A DNA stretch of 54,732 bases, taken from the NCBI GenBank assembly GCA_032250995.1, contig JAVVFF010000001.1, positions 1 to 54,732 on the forward strand, given 5' to 3'. Of the stretch, positions 1 to 8,400 are shown one piece after another. A program made the translations under genes and the position numbers. Numbering within the stretch: the stretch's first letter is position 1; each line of letters opens with the position of its first letter. The notes under the pieces were generated by a model, which saw only the letters and a program-made list of their open reading frames with translations, was not told the DNA's origin and made no database searches. This DNA is from Methylophaga sp. (GTDB lineage Bacteria > Pseudomonadota > Gammaproteobacteria > Nitrosococcales > Methylophagaceae).

Positions 1-352
1 TGATCTTGGAACAGGCATTTAGTTCATTTTTCTTAAACGAGATTCAGGTTAAGTACTTATAGTCTTTAAACAAAAATCATTAGCTCCCTACTCTTAAGTT
101 CATAAATATCTATAATATTTTCAATCATAGTCGCTTCCTCTATTAAGATATGTGATTCAGCGATTATCCAACTTAGCCAGGGCTACACAAGCAAGATTTC
201 ACAAAAACTGCTAAATTACGTTCATCGACGCTCTCTATATTGAGCGAGTGATTTATAATTAGCCATAGAAAGTATGACTGGTTTGATCGTCATAATGAAT
301 TTCTGTCTATTAGTGGGGAAATCATATGTTTCGACTCGGGTGTAAAGCTTCG

Positions 353-380
353 ATATAGCACCAATCTGATGTTGCTATAT
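353..380 (-). terminator. Hairpin immediately after the stop of the TupA-like gene (possible terminator, weak U-tract)
   Basis: ATATAGCA (353-360) and TGCTATAT (373-380) are inverted repeats directly 3' of the stop at 381; no strong poly-U follows. Confidence 0.35.
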
Positions 381-1220
381 TTAGTTATGCCTTGCGGCTG
401 GCCACCAGAGCGACGCATCAGAACCAGGCATCCGATATTGCATGATTTTCGCTTGGATATCTGGATGTAATAAATAGGTCTCTAATGCTTCAGCGCCTTT
501 TTCGTTAACCTTAATAGTTTCGGTGGGCAGCACTCGACTGATGGCCATTATCCGCTGCAACAACGGATCAGCCGCCAGCAAAATTTGCATATCAGACTGA
601 TGTTTCTGCTGAAATTTCAGAAACGGTACCGCTCCCCAAATGACATAGGCGCCCTGCTTTTCAGCCGCTTTAATGGCCCGGCCTTTACTCACGCCTGAAT
701 CCTGATACCAGTCTGGTTCAGCAGCATGGCCCATCATCGTCAGAACGGTTGCCGTGAGTTCACTGATCCCTTCGTTATTATTGGCAATCAAAGTGTGACC
801 AGATTGTTCAATTGCTGCAAAGGCCGCTAATAATGAATGCGCCTCGGAAACCTTTGCCGGATCAGCCGCTAGCCCAATCAATACCGCCTGATTGGCGAAT
901 ACCATTTGCGGCCAGCTGCCACGCTTGTCTTGAACAAATTCTGCCATGCCCGACTTACCATAATGGGCGATAACAATATCTGCAGCGCCTTGCCGGGCTT
1001 GTTCAAACACTTGATTGCCACTGTAAATCTCGACATTCAGTCCGGTTTCAGCAGAAAAAGCTGGCAACAAGGCATCTAGCAAACCACTGTCATAGGGCGT
1101 ATTCACCACGGCAAGACGCACGGTATCTTGTTGCGAGGCAACATGCTTGTCAGCGCTACTCGCCAGTAATAATAAGCTGGCCGCCAACAGTCCCAAAATA
1201 CGTCCGGATTTCAAATGCAT
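381..1220 (-). CDS. Periplasmic substrate-binding protein, TupA/PBP-like (oxyanion-binding family), atypical motif
   Basis: Signal peptide; VRLAVVNTPYDSGLLDALLPAF..ETG..V and ARQGAADIVIAH resemble TupA LRLATTTS..DSGLL..LLP.F and G.ADV..VH; N..VLIG...DPA segment present. Confidence 0.75.
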   Translation of the reverse strand: MHLKSGRILGLLAASLLLLASSADKHVASQQDTVRLAVVNTPYDSGLLDALLPAFSAETGLNVEIYSGNQVFEQARQGAADIVIAHYGKSGMAEFVQDKRGSWPQMVFANQAVLIGLAADPAKVSEAHSLLAAFAAIEQSGHTLIANNNEGISELTATVLTMMGHAAEPDWYQDSGVSKGRAIKAAEKQGAYVIWGAVPFLKFQQKHQSDMQILLAADPLLQRIMAISRVLPTETIKVNEKGAEALETYLLHPDIQAKIMQYRMPGSDASLWWPAARHN

Positions 1221-1234
1221 TTTTACAACGATTT

Positions 1235-3304
1235 TCAGTAACGAAGATTGATCCCGGTATACACGAACCTGCCCGGTTGTGGAAAGCCAAAGCTTGTTTC
1301 GTAATCTTCATCAAACAGGTTCTCCGCTCCAGCATAAACATCGGCTTGACCACCAGCAAAGGTATATTTCAAGTGGGTATTGACCAGCTCAAAGCTATCG
1401 AGCTTATCGCGTAGCGCCGGATCAACCCTGCTGAAATGATTTTGCGAACCAATACGCACCACATCCCCGGTTAACTGCCACTGGGATGTGATCTGGTAAA
1501 TTGCCTGCAGACTGGCTTTATGCGTTGGTCTATTTTGCAACCGGTCGGTTAAAACACCAGCAGATCTATCCTTACTGTCTAAAAAGCCTAATCCTGCTCG
1601 CACCGTCAGTTTTTCGCTGAATTTATAGGCACCGTTAATATCAATACCTTTAAACCTCAGTTCATCGCGGTTTTCAAAGGGCCCACCCTGTTCAGCACGT
1701 TCGATAAAATCATCGACATCAGTTTGCCAGACAGCGATATTTAAATCGGCCCGCTGCCATTGATTACGCAAACCCGCCTCATAATGTTTGGCACGTTGAA
1801 AACCCAGCCCAAGATTGCCCGTACCTTGTTCATACAGTTGCCGTATCGTAGGCGCATCCACCTTGCGCGCAACGGTGCCATACATTGTACTAGCCTCATT
1901 TAACGGCTTGCTGAGTGAAAATTGCGCGCTGTGTGCTGTCTCGTCACTGCCACCGGAAATATCCAGTTCATGCCTGCCCACCCCGACCACAGCGGTCAGG
2001 TCATAAGGTAAAGCCTGCGTTAATTCAACAGCATAGGAACGAATGTTCAGATCTTCATCGGTTGCGGTTGTCGATAACGGTGTAGCTGGACATGATTTGT
2101 TATTGTTGTTGTCGCCACCGCCACCGCCACCGCCACCGCCACCGCCACCGCCAGTGATTGTGCATTCCAGACCATTTTCGTCATAGTCTTCATTACGATG
2201 ATCGAGACTAAAAGCAATCTGGCTGCCAGTCGCAGGCAACTGACCTATTAATTGGGCATGCACCCCTTGCGTTTGCGTTTCTTCTTCGCGTAAAAAGGTG
2301 TTATTAGTAGTGAAACTATTGAGGTTTAAATCATCGTATCTGGCGGTACGTTCTTGAAGTTGATTACCAAAAAACCACAGACGGCCGGCCCAGTTATCAG
2401 TAAAGGCATAATCGGCGCCAAGTTGCAGTGAATAACCACGCTGCGATTCAACCCGTTCAAAACGTGCCCGTTGCGCAAATTCATCAACTTCGTTGTCGAG
2501 CGTAATCGGTGGCTTGCCGAACTCGCCCTCAAGATAGCTGGCAAAAAAACCAATGGTCAATTTATCCGTCAGGTCACGATGGTAAGATAGCACCAGGTTC
2601 TCACGACGGTTGTCACTGTTGTTGCGTCCGTTATTGTCCTGAAAGTTGTCGGCGGTGTTTGCCAATGGACTGCTGAAATCATTGGAGACAGAAAAATCAT
2701 CGCGGTCTCTTACGCCATAACCCAAAAAGAAATCCTGATCAGCATCGCCGTAGCCCACCTGACCATTGACCAGCCAGAAATCATCACTGCCACGCTCGAG
2801 CTTTGAAGCCGCTTTGAAGCCATCCTGTACACCACGGGTTTTAATATCAATAACTCCCGCCATGCCTCCATCACCATATAAGACGGATGAACTGCCCACA
2901 TTCAAATCAATACGGCCAATCGCAAAAGCGGGTATCAAACTGGGATCAAACTGACCATCAAAAGTTGAATTGAACGGAATCCCATTGACAAGCAATTTAA
3001 TCTGCCGTGTCCGCAGCCCACGAATATCGATGCGGGGCGTGCCATCACCGCCATACCGCACATTGACACTGGGTGTTAACCGCAAAGCATCTTCCAGACT
3101 TCTGGCACCAAGCAATTCCAATTCCTGTTGATCGATTTGATATTGGGTGCCAGCTTCCGGTTGCGTGTTTACCACCAGATTCCCCAGTTCATAGACCGGT
3201 TCCTCAGTGGTAGCAAATACCGGGGCTGAAAAAGCAGCTGTACACAAAGCAATGGATATATTTTTACCTATATATCGATAGGTAAAAGTTGATGACGTTT
3301 TCAC
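1235..3304 (-). CDS. TonB-dependent outer-membrane receptor
   Basis: Signal peptide, TonB-box-like LVVNT, plug motifs (LEDALRLTPSV, IDIRG, LLVNGIP, GGMAGVIDIKT), C-terminal ENLFDEDY...PGR...GINLRY with terminal aromatic residue; GTG start with AGAGG RBS. Confidence 0.95.
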   Translation of the reverse strand: MKTSSTFTYRYIGKNISIALCTAAFSAPVFATTEEPVYELGNLVVNTQPEAGTQYQIDQQELELLGARSLEDALRLTPSVNVRYGGDGTPRIDIRGLRTRQIKLLVNGIPFNSTFDGQFDPSLIPAFAIGRIDLNVGSSSVLYGDGGMAGVIDIKTRGVQDGFKAASKLERGSDDFWLVNGQVGYGDADQDFFLGYGVRDRDDFSVSNDFSSPLANTADNFQDNNGRNNSDNRRENLVLSYHRDLTDKLTIGFFASYLEGEFGKPPITLDNEVDEFAQRARFERVESQRGYSLQLGADYAFTDNWAGRLWFFGNQLQERTARYDDLNLNSFTTNNTFLREEETQTQGVHAQLIGQLPATGSQIAFSLDHRNEDYDENGLECTITGGGGGGGGGGGGGDNNNNKSCPATPLSTTATDEDLNIRSYAVELTQALPYDLTAVVGVGRHELDISGGSDETAHSAQFSLSKPLNEASTMYGTVARKVDAPTIRQLYEQGTGNLGLGFQRAKHYEAGLRNQWQRADLNIAVWQTDVDDFIERAEQGGPFENRDELRFKGIDINGAYKFSEKLTVRAGLGFLDSKDRSAGVLTDRLQNRPTHKASLQAIYQITSQWQLTGDVVRIGSQNHFSRVDPALRDKLDSFELVNTHLKYTFAGGQADVYAGAENLFDEDYETSFGFPQPGRFVYTGINLRY
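2114..2152 (-). repeat. In-frame hexanucleotide tandem repeat (GGTGGC on - strand, about 6.5 units) encoding Gly13
   Basis: (gccacc)6+gcc on the + strand, inside the TonB receptor gene. Confidence 0.95.
3252..3279. promoter_or_regulatory. ModE-box match inside the 5' coding region of the TonB receptor
   Basis: ATGG-a-TATATT-tttacc-TATATA-t-CGAT versus consensus ATCG-N-TATATA-N6-TATATA-N-CGAT: 2 mismatches. Confidence 0.65.
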
Positions 3305-3319
3305 CTCAGACCTCTTTAG

Positions 3320-3871
3320 TTATTTTCTTTGTTTACGAAGACTGCGCCAGGCCATGAAACCAATCAAGCCACCAACGCTGCCAAATATAAAATGGGTAAT
3401 AAAGGGATATGCAATCCCATGCCGGAAAGAATCAGTTTCGACACCGGCAACCATGATAAGACCAACCTTGAAAGCCGGCTTAACCGTATGCACCAGTCCG
3501 GCGACTAATGGCAACAGCCACAACGTGACGGGCTGTGTCGACAGGCGGCGGTAAATCACATCCAGCACAATACCCTGACTGAGCAAAATCAATGCAGCAG
3601 CTAAGTTATCACGGATAATTAATGCTGCAACCAGCCCGCCGGCACCAGCCAACGTTGCTGTGTAAGCATACGGCGCACTACACCGCACAAAAATCAGGAT
3701 GGCCATCAGCGTCAGACCCTGACGACCGGGCAACTCCAGCCCAAAACGAAAGGTTTCATGCAGCACCATCGCTAATGCACCTGCCAGGAAAATCAGCAGA
3801 TGACGAACACGTGCCGAATGCAGCCGTTCAGAACTGCTTGAGATAGTTTTTTGCAGCAACTTGCCAGACAT
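3320..3871 (-). CDS. Small multi-pass inner-membrane protein, ECF S-component-like
   Basis: About 183 aa with 5-6 hydrophobic segments and a LPGRQG loop after TM1; ATG at 3871 with GAGGAG RBS, overlapping the end of the upstream gene. The family call is inference from size and topology. Confidence 0.6.
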   Translation of the reverse strand: MSGKLLQKTISSSSERLHSARVRHLLIFLAGALAMVLHETFRFGLELPGRQGLTLMAILIFVRCSAPYAYTATLAGAGGLVAALIIRDNLAAALILLSQGIVLDVIYRRLSTQPVTLWLLPLVAGLVHTVKPAFKVGLIMVAGVETDSFRHGIAYPFITHFIFGSVGGLIGFMAWRSLRKQRK

Positions 3872-4568
3872 TGGCTTGCTCCTCAACGGGTTCAACAATC
3901 AGACATGGCTCACCATTGAGCCAAATCGCCCGAGGCCATGCGCCCATCATGATCTTTGCACTTTTATTGCTCAGTACCGCACCCTCTATGCTCTGCACAA
4001 CGGCAATATCCGTGGCATTTTGTAATTCAGACAGTGTCAGGGTTTGCTCAGCATGATCGCGCATCCCGGCCAGCCACAATAAACGACCATCGTTACCGGC
4101 AGCACATAAACAAGCGGCGGCTAAAGCGCCAATAACACCATCTTCAGTGCCCGTTAAACCAAATAAACCCAACTGGGCAACTTCAGCTAAATCTCTTGCT
4201 TGTGTCTGGGTTACAACACGGTGTTTACAAAGCACGCCGAATCTCGCCAGGGCATGACTCAGATTTGTTTCTGGTAATAAACACAGACCGGCATCAGCGC
4301 CTTCAGCGCTATTTTCTAACAGGTAGTTTTTGCAGAGCTGCTCGATGGCTTTCAGTGAAGCTGGTACTTCAACGACTAGACAGGCAGCGCTGTTATGCGA
4401 CGTAAAGGGCACTAAAGGACTCATCAGTAATTGATGTCGGGTAACAAACCGACAACGTCCCAGCGCATTATCATTGATGGCGGCACACAAAGCGCGGGCA
4501 TGAAACCCCGTTCCCCGACTTTCTAAATTGTCGGTGTCATCGATGCCAATAAATAAACAACTTGCCAT
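3828..4568 (-). CDS. Stand-alone TiaS-like catalytic-domain protein (GIDDTD family)
   Basis: FIGIDDTD..ESRGTG, RHQLL..P.VPFTSHNSA, DAGLC and GVIGALAA match the N-terminal catalytic domain of archaeal tRNA(Ile2) agmatidine synthetase TiaS; at about 246 aa it lacks the OB and Zn-ribbon domains. ATG at 4568 preferred over TTG at 4583. Confidence 0.75.
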   Translation of the reverse strand: MASCLFIGIDDTDNLESRGTGFHARALCAAINDNALGRCRFVTRHQLLMSPLVPFTSHNSAACLVVEVPASLKAIEQLCKNYLLENSAEGADAGLCLLPETNLSHALARFGVLCKHRVVTQTQARDLAEVAQLGLFGLTGTEDGVIGALAAACLCAAGNDGRLLWLAGMRDHAEQTLTLSELQNATDIAVVQSIEGAVLSNKSAKIMMGAWPRAIWLNGEPCLIVEPVEEQANVWQVAAKNYLKQF

Positions 4569-4590
4569 ATTGCGGAATGCCAAATGAAAT

Positions 4591-4618
4591 ATCGACGTAT
4601 TCCATCATATATAACGAG
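4591..4618. promoter_or_regulatory. ModE-box match upstream of the TiaS-like gene
   Basis: ATCG-a-CGTATT-ccatca-TATATA-a-CGAG; one half-site reads CGTTATATA on the - strand; about 22 nt upstream of the ATG and directly downstream of the ModE-family gene. Confidence 0.7.
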
Positions 4619-4651
4619 GGCTGTAAACGTTTGGCTGATGCACTAAAAATA

Positions 4652-4999
4652 TCAGGACTTTAATAGTTTGCTGATTGCAGCTAAATCGTCCTCGACCGAT
4701 TTAGTCGCTTTTTGTTCAATTTGCCTGTAAAGGCCAAGCACTGATTGCCCGAAAACTGTCACCTCCGCACCACCACCATGACTGCCACCTTTAACCGTTT
4801 CAACCAACGGTTTGGTAAAGCTGCTGTTCATGGCATTCACCAGATCCCAGGCACGTTTATAAGACATGCCCATTGCCCGACCGGCAGCAGAAATTGAACC
4901 ATGTTGTTGAATCGCTTCCAGCAGGTCCGCTTTACCGGGACCGATGGCAACCACATCATCATTATGAAAACGGATTTTAATACTGACTGCTTTTGACAT
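4652..4999 (-). CDS. modE: ModE-family transcriptional regulator, N-terminal winged-helix domain only
   Basis: IGPGKADLLEAIQQHGSISAAGRAMGMSYKRAWDLVNAMN..F..PLV....GG..GGGA is the ModE wHTH; 115 aa, no TOBE/Mop domains. Confidence 0.9.
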   Translation of the reverse strand: MSKAVSIKIRFHNDDVVAIGPGKADLLEAIQQHGSISAAGRAMGMSYKRAWDLVNAMNSSFTKPLVETVKGGSHGGGAEVTVFGQSVLGLYRQIEQKATKSVEDDLAAISKLLKS

Positions 5000-5038
5000 G
5001 CCCGAAACACTTGAAGATATACAAGCCAAATATCATAC

Positions 5039-5054
5039 ATGCAAAATTTTGCAT
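5039..5054. promoter_or_regulatory. Perfect 16-bp palindrome upstream of modE (possible operator)
   Basis: ATGCAAAATTTTGCAT, about 40 bp upstream of the ATG at 4999. Confidence 0.45.
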
Positions 5055-5344
5055 ATTCATTAAGACTGCATCCACCTTTGAACTTCTATGTCACTTTGGC
5101 TTTACAACATCAGTTATCTGCACAATCCCAGATGCGTAGAATGCGAAACCCTTGACGTACAATTACCCACCCGATAAAGCCCCAGCTGCGATTAATTTGG
5201 TGCTTGAGCAGGCTGAGGCGTTGTCTAATAGCTGTGTGGCGTAAACTGCCGAAAATAGCCCCAAACGCAGTTTAATGCGCTATCATTTGACTGAACATTA
5301 ATCTGCTACAAAACCTGATTGGCGACCCAGCGCAGGCCCATAAA

Positions 5345-5391
5345 AATCAATAACTTACTGGAGAGCATCGAGCATCTCTCGTTCTCCGCCA
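5345..5391 (+). mobile_element. Putative attR: IHF site plus displaced tRNA-Ser 3' fragment
   Basis: AATCAA-taac-TTA (5345-5357) fits the IHF consensus WATCAANNNNTTR; ATCTCTC-GTTCTCC-G-CCA (5374-5391) resembles the T-stem 3' strand, acceptor 3' strand, G discriminator and CCA of tRNA-Ser. Confidence 0.55.
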
Positions 5392-5408
5392 TATAAATCA
5401 ATGTCACC

Positions 5409-8400
5409 TTAAAACTTATTCCGATTGTCTATTAAGAAGTGGACAAAAGCCTCAGGGGCTAAAGGTTTTGCAAAATAGTATCCCTGCAGCCAATCACAGC
5501 CCATATGCGTCAAAGTTGCCCGCTGACTGGCCGTTTCTACCCCTTCTGCAACGATATTGATATCCAGTCGTTTGGCCATTCCCACAATGGCTTCGATAAT
5601 AGCCCTGTCATTGTCATCGGTTTCCAGATCCCGGACAAAAGATTTATCGATTTTCAGATAATCGACTTCCAGTTGTTTTAAATACGCCAGTGAAGAATAG
5701 CCGGTACCAAAATCATCAATCGAAATTTTCACCCCGAAATTGCGCAAGTTACGTAATAAATCACGACTCTCAGCACTGCGTTGTAATAAGACGCCCTCAG
5801 TGATTTCCAGCGTAATCAGGCTGCTGTCCAAATCCAGTTGCTGTAAATGACCGATCCAGTCAAGCCGGCCTTCTTGAGTGCCAAAACCTTGCGCCGATCG
5901 GTTGACCGATACCGCAATATCACCATAACCCTGCTGCTGCCATAGGAGGATTTGCTGACAAACGCCAGCAAACACATGGTCATCAATTCTGGCAATCAGG
6001 CCCATTCTCTCTGCCGCCGGTAAAAATTCGGCCGGCGTAATTAAGCCTCGCTCAGGATGCTGCCAACGTACCAGGGCTTCGGCGCTAATAGCGCCAGTTT
6101 CGGCGTGGATTAACGGTTGATAATAAATACAGATTTGATTTTCGTTTAGAGCCTGTTCCAGCTCATTAATAATAAAAGTCCGCGATTGCCAAGTGGATTC
6201 AAGTTCTGAGGAATACAACATAAAAGCACTGCCACCGGCATCTTTGGCGGCATACATTGCCCGATCAGCGTTTTGCATCAGCAAACCGGCGTTTTCACCA
6301 TCATCCGGATAAAAAGTCAGGCCGATACTGGTGCTGATCCGGATAGTCTGATCTTTGATACACAGTGGCTGTTCGACAATTTCAATCAGTTTTTGGGCAA
6401 TCGTTACCGCATCCTGACGTTGTTCAAGGCCGGTCAGAATAATGGTGAATTCATCGCCGCCCAGCCTAGCCACCGTGTCAACATCACGCAGGCAATCCTG
6501 GATCCGTCCAGCCATATGACGCAGCAATTCATCACCGACATCATGGCCCAGCGTGTCATTGATATCCTTAAATCGATCCAGATCCAAAAACATCAGACAC
6601 AGCTTGCTCTGATCGCGCTGACAATGCCGGATCTCCTGCACCAGCCGGTCATTAAACAATCGGCGGTTAGGCAGGCTGGTCAGCAGATCGTAATTGGCCT
6701 GATGTTCAATAGTTAACTGTGCTTGTTTGCTCTCACTAATATCAGTAAACACCGCAACATAATTACTCAGTTCACCGGCATCATCGCGCACCAACGACAT
6801 TGATAAATACGTGGAAAAAATCTCACCATCTTTACGCCGGCTAAGCATTTCACCCCGCCACAGGCCATTTGAGCTTAGTTCAGCCCAGAGCTTGGCAAAA
6901 AACAGTTCATCATTGAGGCCGCGATCCAATAATTGCGGAAACTGGCCCAGCACCTCACATTGGCTAAAACCGGTGATCTGACTATAAGCAGAGTTTATGG
7001 CAATAACATTTTTCTCGGCATCGGTTATTAAAAACCCCTCACTGGCAGCATTAAAAGCAACATCAGATAATCGCAAGTCAGCTTGCGCCCGTTGCATTTC
7101 GGCAAGCACTTCACGGATCCGCCGTTCCGATTCGACGGCCCGGTCAGTGGCCACTGATAACTGTTCGGTGCGGCGGGTTACTTCACTGGCAATCCGGTGG
7201 GTACGGCCTGTGATACTGAGGATCAACGCGCAAAATAAACTCATCAGTAAAAAGCCACCGATCATGACAAACAAAGTCTGATTACGTTGATTATTTTCCA
7301 GAAATAAACTGGTGGGCGTAAAAATTAGCCGCATTTGCCGCCCCGCAGCCTCAATATCGACCCTATGCCGGAACGGTGGCGTTTCCGTGACCGCCACATC
7401 ATAGTAATAATCACCGCTCAGCAAATCCTGCCATTGAATCTCAAACTCGGTAAATTCCCGTTTACCCAATACATTTTCAACAAAATCTTCGGTGCGAATC
7501 GCCACATTAACCAGACCGGCAACTTCTGCATTGCTCATATCCAGCGTCAGTTGACCAGCTACGTTACGATATACCGGCCGGTATAGCATCAGAATACGTT
7601 TTGAATATGTTTTACGCACCATCATTAATGGTGGCCGCGCATAACTACTGCCACTGGCTAAAGCAGTCTGCACCGCCGCATTAGAAATCACTGATGAGGT
7701 GGGATCAAATCCCTGCGCCCGTTGATTGCCTTCCTCAGGCTCTAAATAGGTAATCGGAAAATATTCGTCGCGATCCTCGGCCGGCAACAATTTATTACCG
7801 GGTTTGATATCGGTAATAGTGAACTGCGGACCGAAATATTGCTGTTGCTCAGCTTCATAAGCGGCACGTTGCTCACGGATTACTTTCGGCAACCATTCAA
7901 TCACCTGAATATTTTCGCTTTTGCCAGTCGCCCATTTAACAAAGACGCGAAATTCTTCACGGCTGACATCATCCGAACTGACAAATAACTGGGCAACACT
8001 GTCCTGCACCAGTTGCTGTGAGGTTAAGGCAATTTGAAATAAAGTACCGGCTTCCTGAGTGCGGATTCGAAAACGATCTTCCAATTGCCGCTGCTCAAAA
8101 CGGGCAACACTTTGACTGACCATAACGACTGCTATAAATACTACGGCGGTCGGCAGGCCCAACATATTGCGTCGGGGCCGCCACAGCGCCTTGGGCTGAC
8201 CAATAAAACTCAGCGTTATCGGCCCGGCAATCAATAAACCCAGCGCATCACCCAACCACCATGAAGCCCATAAGCCAGCAGGTGTCAGGCTGTTTTCAAC
8301 ACCGGCGAATAACAAAAATGGCACACTGATACTGGCGCTTATTAATGTTAGCAATGGCACCAACATCAAAAACTGCAGGATCTGGTTATCGGTTTCTAAT

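Noticed and set aside
381-1220. Canonical tupA of a tupABC operon
   Set aside because: The TTTS motif is absent and there is no adjacent permease or ATPase.
2114-2152. Phase-variation ON/OFF switch or CRISPR-like repeat
   Set aside because: The 6-bp unit keeps the frame and there are no spacers.
3828-4568. Bona fide tiaS (agmatidine synthetase)
   Set aside because: Too short, lacks the tRNA-binding OB and Zn-ribbon domains, and the context is transport rather than translation.
5013-5040. Third ModE box upstream of modE (GAAG-a-TATACA-N6-ATATCA)
   Set aside because: Too many mismatches in AT-rich DNA.
5360-5391. Intact tRNA gene
   Set aside because: Only 32 nt; the D-arm, anticodon arm and most of the T-arm are missing. 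Reported as an att-like remnant instead.
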